From contig NC_087437.1 in assembly GCF_036321535.1 (NCBI RefSeq), positions 78,742,001 to 78,806,000 on the forward strand: DNA of 64,000 bases. Direction: 5' to 3'. Below the pieces are notes generated by a model, which ran no database searches, was not told the origin of the DNA, and worked only from the letters and a program-made list of their open reading frames with translations. Position numbers and translations under genes: made by a program. Numbering within the stretch: position 1 is the stretch's first letter; every line of letters starts with the position of its first letter. Below, piece after piece: positions 36,840 to 48,960 of the stretch. The DNA is from Camelus dromedarius (taxonomy: Eukaryota).

Positions 36840-39530
36840 AGAAAAAATTGACAAATCTTTAAACACACACATGAAAAAACCAAACTATCGAAGTTCATAA
36901 ATAATCAGAATAGTTTTATGACTATTAAGGAAATTTAATTCATACTCAAAAATCTCCAACAGGAAAAAAAAGTCCTAAGTGGCTTTACCAGTGGATTAAC
37001 TAATAATTTCATGGAAAAATTAACTCTCACACAGTATTCCAGAAAAATAGAAGATAAGAAAACACTTCTAACTCTTTTTGAGACCCATATCACTGTAAAA
37101 TCAAAACTGAACAGACATACTTCAAGAACAATATTGCTTATGGTAATAGATGCAAAATTCTCAACAAAATATTAGCAAATTTAATACAGCTTTATATATA
37201 TATATATAAAAGGCATACATTGTATACTAGCTGGGTTTCCCTGGGAATGCACTTTGATTTAGCATTCAAAAAACAACTGATGTAATTCATTATATCAGCA
37301 TACTAAGGGAAAAAAAACATATAATTATCTCAACAGACATTGAAAAGCATTTGAGAAAATTAAATTCTCAATGAAGTAAGAATAGAAGGAAATTTCCTCA
37401 GTATAATAAAAAACATCTACAAAATCCCAACAATTAATAGCATAATTGATGATAGACTGAATACTTTTCCCTAAAATTTAGAAGCTAAGGGTACTAAATA
37501 TCTTAGGGCAAAATGCAACACAAAAATTAGTAATAAAAGACATATAAACTGGAAAGCAAGAATTGAAATTGTCTCTCTTAGTAGAGGCATTATTGTCTTA
37601 ATGGAACATACTAAAGAATCTACAGAAAAAGGAACCAGAACAAATAAGTGTACTTATCAAAAGCATAAGATACAAAGTGAATATACAAACTCAAGTGTTA
37701 TTTCTATTTACTAACAGTTAAGAATTGCTAACTGAAAATTTTAAAAGTATCTTTTCCAATAGCAATCCAAAATATAGAGTACTTAGTTACAAACCTAACA
37801 AAATAAATGCAAGATGTGTAGGATGGAAATTCTCAAACATTTATTAAATAAATAGAAGAAGTCCTAAATAAATTGAGATACACACTTGTCCGTATATTGG
37901 AAGACTCAGTATTGTAAAGATGAGGTTTTCCCAAAGTTGAGCTATACACACAATGGAATAACAATCACAATTCTGGCAGAAACTTCTTTCTTTTTAAGAA
38001 ATTGACAAGCTGATTCTAAAATTTTAATGTAAAAATCATGGACTGGCATGAACAATCTCATTTTGAAAAATAATCTATTTGGAGGACTCATAGTACCTCA
38101 TTTCAATATCTTTTTTAAAGCTACAGTAATCAAGACAGAGTGGTATTGGTGAAAATTTAAATAAAAAAGAGTAGGAAGTCTAGAAATTGATCTTCATTTA
38201 CATAACCAATTGATTTTTGACCATGGTAGAATAGTAATTCAATGAAGAATAATCTTTTTAACAAATGGTGCTGGAAAAATTAGATATCAGTATTAAAAAA
38301 TATTCAACTGTAACTCATGACTTGGAACATATATAAATGTTAATTCAAAATGGATTGCATAGCCAAATATAAAACCTAAACATGTAATAACACTAGAAAG
38401 CAAACATTGGAAAACTTTTTTGTGATCATGAGTTAGGCAAAGATTTCTTAGATAATACAAAACACGATTTATAAAAATGATAAATTGGAGTTTATCAAAA
38501 CTAAAAATGTTTGCATTTTTAAAGACACTAAGGTAATACAAAGACAAAACACATACTGGAAGAAAAGACTGTAAAACATATCTAATGAAGAGACTGTATC
38601 CAGAATACAGAAGAACTCTCAAAATGTCACAAAAAAAATCACAACAAAAAAAGTTAAATATTTGAAAAGACTTTTTCAAGCTGCATGTGGCAATCAAGTG
38701 CTTGAAAATTTATTCAATATCACTTGTAACAAAATAAATTCAAATTAAAGTAAAAATGAAACATCATAGCATACAAGCATACATTGTTTTACTTCAGTTT
38801 GCTTTATTGTGCTTTGCAGATATTGTGTTCTTTACAAATTGAAGTTTTATGGCAACTCTGTTTCAATCAAGGATATCAGCACCATTTTTCCAACAGTATT
38901 TGCTCACTTGGTGTCAAGTTCTTGTAATATTTCAAACTTTTTCATTAATATTATATTTGTTATATTGATCTGTGATCAGTGATCTCTTACGTTACTACTA
39001 CAGCTGCTGAAGTCTCAAAAGGTGGTTAGCATTTTAGGTATGTACATTTTTTTAGACATAATGCTATTGTGCACTTAAGGGACTATAGTATAGTGTAAAC
39101 ATAACTTTTATATGCACTGAGAAACCAAAAAATTCCTGTGACTTGCTTTATTGTAGTGGTCTGGAACTGAACCCATAATATCTCTGAGGTATACTTGTAC
39201 TTATTAGAATGGCTAAAATAAAAATAAAAAATTCTGACAGTAGCAAGTATTGACAAGGATGCAGAGATACTGAAAACTCTCATATTTTGCTTTTGGGAAT
39301 GTGAGACGGAGCAGCCTTTTTAGGAAACAGCCCTTGGAAATTGCATGCAAATTTTAATACTAGCTTCCTTCATAATTGCCAATTTTCAAAAAATTCTTTG
39401 ACTGCTGAATGGATACACACACAGAATGGAATTCTACTCAGCAATAAATGGAATGAAGTACTGGTACCCTCAACCACAGGGATACATCTCCAAAGCATCA
39501 TGCTAAGTGAAAGAAGCCAGACTCAGAAGT
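36840..39530 (+). mobile_element. Old L1M ORF2/3' fragment, split by Tigger1
   Basis: Degenerate ORF2 landmarks: GATGCAAAATTCTCAACAAAATATTAGCAAAT, AAAGCTACAGTAATCAAGACAGAGTGGTATTGG and ATGCTAAGTGAAAGAAGCCAGAC. Confidence 0.85.
38774..39197 (+). mobile_element. Internally deleted Tigger1 (Tigger1a-like)
   Basis: TA|CAAGCATACATTGTTTTAC...AATATCTCTGAGGTATACTTG|TA: TIRs plus TA TSD. The host L1 resumes at CTTATTAGAATGGCTAAA. Confidence 0.88.
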
Positions 39531-39582
39531 GGTTAGTGGATTAAAAAGAATGTCCTTTTTAGGCCCTTTATATATTTTTTCA

Positions 39583-40030
39583 CTAGTTTCCTGTTGCAGT
39601 TGTAACTAGTTACCATATACTTAGTGGCTTAAAGCAGCACAAATTTATTCTTACAGTTCTGGTTGTTGGAAGCCTTTCAAAATGGATCTCAATGGACTAA
39701 AATTAGTGTCGGCAGGGCTGCCTTTCTTTCTGGAGGTTCCATGAGTGAACCCATTTCCTTGCTTTTCCCAGGGGCCACATGCATTCTCTGTGACCCTTTT
39801 TCATTCTTTATCTGTTTTTCTGACTACAGCCAGCAAAAGTTCTCCACTTTTGAGGATCTATATGGTTCGATTAGGTCTACCAGAATATTCTAGATAATTT
39901 TACATTTAGGCAATTAACTTTAATCATACCTGAAAAGTCCTATTTTCCATATAAAGTAACCTATTCACAGGTTCCAGGAATTAGGACATGGGCATTTTAG
40001 GGGGTGCGGGTATTATTCTGCCCACCAAAC
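39583..40030 (-). mobile_element. MLT1 (MaLR) LTR
   Basis: TTACCATATACTTAGTGGCTTAAAGCAGCACAAATTTATTCTTACAGTTCTGG...TCACAGGTTCCAGGAATTAGGACATGG...ATTATTCTGCCCACCA. Confidence 0.8.
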
Positions 40031-40059
40031 CAAAGCACAGTTCTTCCTAACGCGTAAAA

Positions 40060-40268
40060 TGACACATAGCCATGAGTCAAAGAATGAACGCAGCTCATAG
40101 AAGCTAGAAAAGGCAAACAGATTCTTTCCTAGAGTCTCCAGAAAAAAATGCAGCTCTACTAACACCTTGAATTTAGCCCAGTGGGACACACTTTGGACTT
40201 CCAGAATTATAAAAATAATAAAGTTTTTTTAAGCCAATAAAAAAATAACAGGTAAGCAAATAATAGAC
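40060..40268 (+). mobile_element. MLT1D-like LTR 3' half
   Basis: AGAAGCTAGAAAAGGCAAACAGATTCTTTCCTAGAGTCTCCAGAA...ACACCTTGAATTTAGCCCAGTG. Confidence 0.75.
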
Positions 40269-43200
40269 CAATTCATAGTTGAAACTTTGTAAAGTTTCAT
40301 CTCTTCAAGAAAAATTGAGCATAGTACTTTTCTATACTTGATTCTGCAGTATTTTTTCTGAGATTATATTTTTTAGAAGTAAAAAAAAAAAAAAAAAAAA
40401 AATCCAGAATACCTAGTCCCTAAAGAAAACTGAAATAAATTGAAGAATTATTTCAGCTGATTTGAATTCACAAAGGATGAAGATTTATTTCTGACTAAAT
40501 TTCTAATTTGTACAGCATGCAGTTTGCTTTAGCAAGACCCAGTAAATGAAATAAGAAACAAAAGTTACCTCTGATTCACAGGAGAAATAGTTTTAAAAAA
40601 TCTGTTTTTGAGGCCTTTCTGAATAAAACACATCAGACATATTTGGAGGCTATCCCTGTAGTTTACAGTATATTTGATATTAAATTTTAAATGATTGGCA
40701 TACTTTTAAGTGAATATTTGACATCTTTGAACACAATTGTGTTTAGAAAAATTTCCCTAAAGCACTAAATATGGATGTATTGAAAAATATTTAATGCGTT
40801 CAACCATTTTCCTTGAATTAGCTATAATTTAAATTATTATAATAACTATGTTTTAAATTTTTTTTAATGCTGTCTTATAGGGAAAAAGTGATCAATTAAC
40901 CTGCATACCATTTATGCTGAGGCAAACTCTTTTAGAATATTCCATTCACCATAGTTATCTGGGATGTGATAGGGTATTGCTCTTACTGCATACAGTTTGA
41001 AGAATTACTGTAATGAACCTAGGCAATGTATTTTAATGACGGTTTTTATTCCCAATACCCTGATAAAAATGTCACACTTGCTTTGCTATCTCCTATTTTG
41101 TACAGTTGTTTTGCGAACATACGTGATGATGATATGAGACTGCAATGTACTATTAAACTATGTGGAAGCAGCATCTGCTCATCATCCTTGAATATTATTG
41201 AATTTAATAAGTGGTAGAACTTCTTTTCATAAAATATTGATAATTTTGCAAATGATCTGGCTATAAAAATAAATGCAGTTATGTGCAAATCCAAAAACAG
41301 CAGTGAATTTTAAGACTTGAAAAAAGCAGTCCACTTATTATCTGAGTTTCTTCTTCTAAAATGTTTTTGCTCAGATGCCAAAGAAAATAAATTATTTTTT
41401 AATGGAAAAAAAGATAAAGTAGTCTATAAAAGAATTGGGAAGAAGACTAACTAGACGTCTGATTTATCAAACAAACTGTTCACCAGTAGTGATAGGGGTA
41501 CATGCAACTTTGGGAGAGATACAAATTCTGTGAAAATATTATTATTGCTTCAGGGTATTTGAATGAAGCAGAAACTGAGGGTATGCTAATCCAAACAGAT
41601 GGAGAAATCTGAATTACGAAGGATACAGTCAGTGATTTTAAAGTTAAACATATTTCTTGTCAACTTCACGAATACTTATATGGTATAAAACACAGACACT
41701 GAGCTAGAGGGATATATTGACAATAAAAGACAACTTAAAGAGAAATGTAGACTTCTGAATATATATTTTCCGGGTTTATAGTCAACAGTTTGGAAATACT
41801 ATGCATAATAGCATGGTGGAGGGGGATCATTTCACTGTGATTACCTGTTGTTTCGCAGAACATTATTTTGTACTTTTTAAAGTAGTAAGATCATCTTTCC
41901 AGGTTAAATCACTGATTATATGCTGCTGACAAAATGTTTTCCCAAGGAAGGTGATACAAGTCTCATTTGACAGGATAGCACAATGTGTCAAAAGTTATGG
42001 GGCTCTTTAAGGTATTAATTAGTTTACTGTTTCTATAAATATATTCTTGCTGGCAGGTGTTCTGTGAGCCATATGTTACATTGACTGCCCCAATGCAATT
42101 GCAAAACCACCTACAAGGAAATATAATTATTTATTTTGTTGAGAAAAAAATGATCTAAACTGTTTCCATTTTAAATTGACCTGTCAAGAATACAGTTTGA
42201 GAATACATTTTGAAATTTGTTCAATCAAATAAATCAGATATTTTGAACAATATATTAAATTTGTACTTTAATATTATAAAGATGATAAGGTATACATTTA
42301 TTACATATAATAATCTATTATAGTAAATAGCTGTAAGAAAATGTTTCTTATTTAAACTTGATATACTTTCTCAAATTATATTCTGTAAGACAAGCTTGAA
42401 GTTGAATTTAGATCATCTTCTCAGAGTTTTCATTTGTGCAAATATGGAGGCAGCTTTTAAATATATGATGTTAAGATTATTAACATGGTTTCCAAGATAT
42501 GCTATATTAATAACATCTAGAGTCTTTAAATATATGTCACATTGCATTTGCATTATACTTGCATTTATATGAATCAAATTTAACAATATTTTTTTCTGCC
42601 AAAATACATAGAAAGATGGCAAGACAGGAAGGAGAACTTAAAATAGTTGTGTCGGTCCATTTCAATGATTTTATGCCTGTAGCAATAGAGAGATTAATCA
42701 AACTTGAAATAGTCAGTGCAGGAGGAAACAACTTTATTGACTTGATTAAAGATATCCAAAATATTGACTAGAAAGAAGAGTGCATTGTTCAGAGTCTCAA
42801 GCAAGTGGGAAGTGATAACATCTTTGACTTTTTGAGGAAAAAATTAATTAATTGAAAGCCAATGAAAAACAATAACAATGAATTGAAAGGTTAATAAAAT
42901 ATGTCTATAGATTTGAATTAAAAATTTTACCCAAATTCAAAGTGTGTTTGTTCCACTGGTAATAAATCAAGGTCCTACTCATAATGTGAGCCTGTCAGTT
43001 TAAATAACTTGACCACCAAGGTGTTGTCTGGCGCTCTAGGGTATGGAACCAGAAAAATAACTTGTGCTTATTTGCTGCTGCTGTCAAGATGGAACAGAAG
43101 CATAATTTAAATCCCTGACATCATTAACAATTTAATTGTTAGCCTAGTGAAGATGAATCAGGCTTATTGTGAACGAGGATGACTGATACTTTAAGCAGAT

Positions 43201-43339
43201 AATATTGTCTACCTGGATTGGTTTTCGTGAATATGAAAAAAAATAATAACATGAACAAAAATATGTTTTGTTTTGTATACCTTTTTTGTTTGGGTTAGAG
43301 ATTTTTGAAGCAGAGCAAAACATCATGTTGGTTTAACAT

Positions 43340-44460
43340 TTGAAAATCAACCAGTAGAATTCAACACATTAACAGAAAAAAGGAGAAGAGTCTTAGGATC
43401 GTCTCTATGTATGCAGAAAAAAGTATTTGCAAAATTTAATACCCTACTGAATTGACTGAGATCCAGAAAAATAAAGTAACCATTGAGCCCCAAACGACAA
43501 GAAACAAATGGAATAATAACATAAGATCAGAAATCAATGAAGTAGAGAAAAGAAGAAGAAAAAAAAACTGTTCTAATTAGTTGCTAAAAAGCTAAGATAA
43601 ACTTACATATTTTCTGGGTTTATAGAGAGACTAACCAGAAAAAAAATGAATGGGCATAATGCAACAAAATATAGAAAAGAGAAGAAATTAAAGCATTAAA
43701 ATTATTTAAAAATACTATGCTAATATGTTTAAAAACTTAAATCATTCTGATAAAGTGGAAAATATAATATTACAATATTGGTCCAAGATAAAATATAAAT
43801 ATAAATAGAAAAAAATTGAAATAACAATTTGTTAACTGTTTACAATAATTCTGAGTCCAGAAACTTTTATAGTCAAATTCTACCAAACATTTAAGAATAG
43901 ATGACTATTTTACCCTTTCTGGAAATTAGAAAGAAAACTGCTGAACAAATTATATGAAATACAAACTTGATGATAAAACCTGAAAAGTGTAGTACAATAA
44001 AATTAAATTATGATTTAATTTCTGTATAATTTAAAATATGGACATAAATGCAAAAATCCTAAATAAAATATGTTAAGTGAGTTCACCTGCATGTCAAAAA
44101 TGACAACATATCACATGAAATAGTATTTGTCACAGACATACAAAAATAGTATGAGAAAATCTCTATATTAATTCACTACAATTTTGGTGCTAATGAAATA
44201 CAGTGCGTGAATAGCTACAAACTCCAAATTCAACACTCAATAAAGCAAAAGCCCTAGAAGCTGCATTAGAGAATATCACAGAACATCCTTTTGAACACAG
44301 GGTAGGCAAAGATTTGTTGACTAGGACACTTAGTATTAATAAAAGGAAAGTAAGTTATTAGATTATTTTAAGGGTAAGAAAAACTAAATATCACAAGACT
44401 TTTCTAGAAGGGTGAAAATGCAAGCCACAAAGCAAGAGAAGTTAATTGCATACAAAAAAT
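43340..44460 (+). mobile_element. Highly degraded old L1 fragments
   Basis: A-rich, with ORF2-like landmarks (GATCAGAAATCAATGAAGTAG, AATTCTACCAAACATTTAAG, ATGCAAAAATCCTAAATAAAAT). Confidence 0.55.
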
Positions 44461-44474
44461 AAATATACAGAAAA

Positions 44475-44862
44475 AGAACTTTCCTTGCTGGCTGACAACC
44501 AGGGGACTACTTTCAACTTCAAGAGACCGCATATAATCCTTGGCTCCTGATCCCATTCTTCCATCTTCAGTGCCTGCAATGATGGGAGAATGAATCTCTC
44601 TAATGTCTCTTCCACCTCATCTTTGCTATGACTCCTGTCTTTTGGTCTCAGACTTTACCTTCTTCTTCTGCTATTAAGGGTGCATGTGATTACACTGGGC
44701 CTGCCAGTCCCTATCCAGGATAACTTCCCTGCTTTAAGGTCACCTGTTTAACAACCTTAATTTCATATACAAAGTCATTTCACAGCAATACCTAGATTAG
44801 TGTTGTATTGAATAACTTGGGAAACTTGGGAAGGGAGCATCTTTATAATGCTGCCAACCAAA
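44475..44862 (-). mobile_element. MLT1E-like LTR fragment
   Basis: GTGCATGTGATTACACTGGGCC...TCCAGGATAACTTCCCTGCTTTAAGGTCA...CACAGCAATACCTAGATTAGTGTT. Confidence 0.7.
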
Positions 44863-47439
44863 ACACCTTATATCCATAATATGAGCAAAAATTAAGAAGT
44901 AAAGGCTAATGATAATGTATCATAGTACGAACCTACAAAATGTTTCTGCTGGGAGTTTAAATTGTTACATATATTTTAAAGAGTATTGAAATATCATGTG
45001 GTTTTCTTGTATGCACACATATATAATGTGTGTGTGCTCAAAGACAATTTGGAAGGCATACATTAGATACATAATAATGTGTATTTATAGTTGATGAAGG
45101 AAGGTTGAAAGAAAATAAAGGGTAGAACGTGGTATGCTAATAAAAGTTTGCCTTAACCTGCAAAGTATGGTCAAAATGATTCTGTGCACCTGAAGGAAAC
45201 AAATAGTCACATTAAAAAAAAAAGTCCTGGAAACACAAAATAACTAGGAGAAAAATGTGGTGGGATGATAGTCATTTTTTTTCTTTTAATTTTATCTGTA
45301 TCTCTCGTCCTTCCTTTTCCTCTTCCCTCAACTCAAACATACGTTTAATACTGTACTCATAGACACAAGGAGGCATGAGAGATGTGGAAACCAGAAATAC
45401 ATAGCATATTATTGTTTTTTATCTTTTAAATACCAAAGCACTTTTTGGGGTTGAAGGGAAGGGTGAAAGTGGGGGCAGGTACCAAAAGGTGGTCAAAGCT
45501 GGGGATCTGTGAGCATAGACTAAATTCCTTGAAAAAATATAAAGGGAGAAATATTTTCCATTACTCTTCAAGTTTCCTCCCTGATCAGGGGCTTGTAAGA
45601 GGAATAAAGAAAGAGTAGAAATAGAAATAACTGAGAGTTCCCAAAGTACTTCTTAGTAGTATCAAAAGAGAGGTAATAATATCCCAGATACATGTTGCAA
45701 CTAGTCATATGAGAACTTACACAGCACTGCAATGAGATAGAAAAATCAGAGACATCAGACTTGGGAGAGCCCTATGGACATGGACTAAATAAGACCATCA
45801 TAGAAACAATCCACATGTATTGTTATTAAGGAATAGTTGGGGCACCAAATGTTCCATGATCCAAATACCCTGCCAACGTGTAAGATCACAAAACTGTGTC
45901 ACAATTCAAGTGAGTGGAAAACCTCATAAAGGATAACGGTGGTTACATTGGCCACCAGTATGCTGAGATGAGGTCCAGAAGTCAAGTTAAAGTTGCCATA
46001 AATAGAAAATAAAGTTATATAATTGCACATAAAGATTTTTGAATTGGTATTCATACTTACCACAGATGTTTCTAGAATGATGGTGTAACCAAAAGTTTCT
46101 AACTATTTTCCTTGAATTTTACTATGTGGTAATTGGTGATATTAGTAAGAGATAAAATGCATTGTAAAGTAAGAGGAAATAAGAAAAATGGAGATTTATG
46201 GTAACTATCTCTCTAAACAAGATTGTGTATGAAGCACAGCAGAGAAATTAGACAATGGCTGAAGAATAATTAAGGATTGAAAAACTATCAGATCTCATCT
46301 ACAGCAAATGTATGTCAATGTTAAATCCTAAATGTCTTCCAAATCTATTTACTTTTCTCCACTGCTTCCACATTAACAGAAACTTAATACAATCTAAAAT
46401 GTTCTGTCTCCTGAAGTATGAGCAATATCTTCCTGACTTAGTATAAAAGTTTCTTTAAAAAGTAAAACAAGAGAAGATAAGAACAGGAGATTCAGACTCT
46501 GACTGCAGTTCAGCAGTAGAAGATGACAGTAATAATGTGGAAGTATAAGGTATGAGATGGAAATAGTCTGGAAAGAGTTCTATTCTTCCAGAGATATTAC
46601 TCTCACTCCTCTCTACTTAATTTAGAAATGCATTATATCCTATTACACAGGCTTAAAGAACACATATATGGTCTTCTCAAGAACCTCCAGATTTGCAGTA
46701 AGTGTGAAACAAATGTGTAACACTAGGTAGATTAGCCAGGAAAGAGAAAGGAAGGAAGTTTAAATAAACAAAACCATAAGAGGAGGCAAGAAGACCAGAA
46801 AGTGAGTGAAACATTCAGAAAGCACCCATAATCCAGACAAGGATAAAGTGAATACAAGAGAATATAATAAAGATAAAAATGGGGTTGCATCATACATTTT
46901 GGAGAAACTTGAAAGACATGTGGAAAAATCTGTACTTAATTTACCTAGAAATAAGGAAATCTCGAAGATAATTACAGGAAGAGGCTATCAAAGAATTACA
47001 CATTGGCAAGATCATTCTGGCATTACCTTGTGTGATTACCCTGCCGGATGATCACTTGGTAGTCGTAACCAAAGCCTGAATATAACTCAATTACATATAA
47101 ATTAAGGTGGAAGGATTTAAAGGAGGAATTTGATTCAAGGAAAAAAAGAAAAACATTGAAAAAGAAAAAATAATAAAATCAAGAGAAAAAGAATAAAAAT
47201 AGTTAAATAAAATAAGTAGAATATAAAATTTAAACCTTTTATGATGGCAGGTATTTATTTAACCCAGAAGTATAATGGGTAATGTATAAATAAAATGGAT
47301 GGTTTATATATAGCAATAATGTTTACCTTATTAAGGATGCCATTTATATCTTATGTAATGTTAGGGTTTTGTTTGTTTTACCATTGGATTAGTCATAACC
47401 TGGGAAAAATAAATTAGTCTCTATAATATGTTTTGATTT

Positions 47440-48960
47440 TTTCTTTTATCTCATTCAATTTCTGTTTTATGATTGTTGCTGCAAGGATAATTTGTACATG
47501 AATATTCACAACTGTTATATCTTCATTTTATGAATTAAACCCTTTAGCATTATGAAATGCCCTTCTTTGCTTTATTCACTGCCTTTGGTTTGACTTCTAC
47601 TTTGCTAATATAAATCTGTTGTATAAATTTTGCTTTTGTCTTTAATTTCACACTTTTTGTATCCCTTTGTATGAGATTTACCTCTATGCAAACTACAGTT
47701 GAATTTTGCTTTCTGATTTAAAATGAAATGAAAATCATTTTGTTTTAGTAGGGGTTAGGTCCATTTACATTTTAAATGACCTATATTTGGTTTTAGTTGT
47801 CACAATATTTGTTTTATCTTTTTATACTTTTTTAAAAGTCTCATTTCTTTGCTGTTGGGATATGTGTTGTTCCTAAATTTGGAAGAGTATCCATTTTTGT
47901 TGTGGTGATTGTGCTTATAATTATGAATTTTTAGTCCTGTATTTTCTTAATTCCCTGTGAAAAATCAGTGGCTTCCTCTCTCACCCCCTTCTCTTTTTCC
48001 CTGACATATCACTAGCCAAGAATGTGATCTTTTTGTGATAAATGTTGTACTGCTAAATATGCTTGTTCTTCTACTGCTTTTGTTCCCATTTAATGTTATA
48101 GTTTAACACTGAACTATTGCAATGTGATCAGGAAAATTACCCTACCTACCACTACCTTTTGCTTTACCTCCCAGTTCATATTAGATGAACCATTATGATG
48201 GTCATATCCTATTATACAAATATAATTCCCCCATTTTGTACAATCAGTTCTTTCATTCATTAGAGTTCATTACTAGTAATTTTGCCCTGATTTCCTTAAT
48301 AAAATTTGTTTACCTGAAGTTTATTCTTGAATTGCTTCAATCGTTTTTCTCCTTGGCTCTTGGTGTACTCTTTTGGTATGTAAATTCAAGTTTGTATTTA
48401 TCAAAATAATATTTTTCTTAATAATATTTCGAATATTTTATTAGTTTGATTGACTAAGCTTTTATTTTCCAGGGGCCACTTTTTATGGATATTGGAAATC
48501 CTTTGCCTGCTTTCTCTATTATTTTCTCAATATTTGTTTTCAATTTCCACTTCATTTATTCATTTTTTCTGATGTCTATAATGCCATTGTCTTGAGTTTT
48601 TCATGTTTGTCATTTGTATTTGTTTCTGTTTTTTTGTGTGTGCGTGGTTTTTCTTCTCACACAAATTTAGATGACTCAAGTTTCACTTTATCCTTTCTTT
48701 TTTTTTTATTTGTCTTACTATCTTTTTTTGAGATCTTGCATTTCTTCTTTGTGGTTTTACTTTACAAAGGCACATTTGCCATATTTTTTGGTTTTTACAT
48801 CATTACAAAATATTCAGTCACTATTTTACTCTGCTCCCTGGAGGCAGCATATTTTTTTAATGGTGACATTTAACTGTAAGCACTGGGCTTATTTCCCGTA
48901 TTTTTTTAACAGTAACTTCATATCAGTATTGCATGTGTCCCTTTTTTATTATTAATCATT
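47440..48960 (-). mobile_element. Ancient L1M-like degraded fragments
   Basis: T-rich antisense L1-like motifs (AAACCCTTTAGCATTATGAAATGCCCTTCTTTG, TTAGGTCCATTTACATTT). Boundaries uncertain. Confidence 0.45.

Noticed and set aside
40381..40402. A22 homopolymer
   Set aside because: No upstream polyA signal, retro-element body or TSD recognised. A simple repeat.
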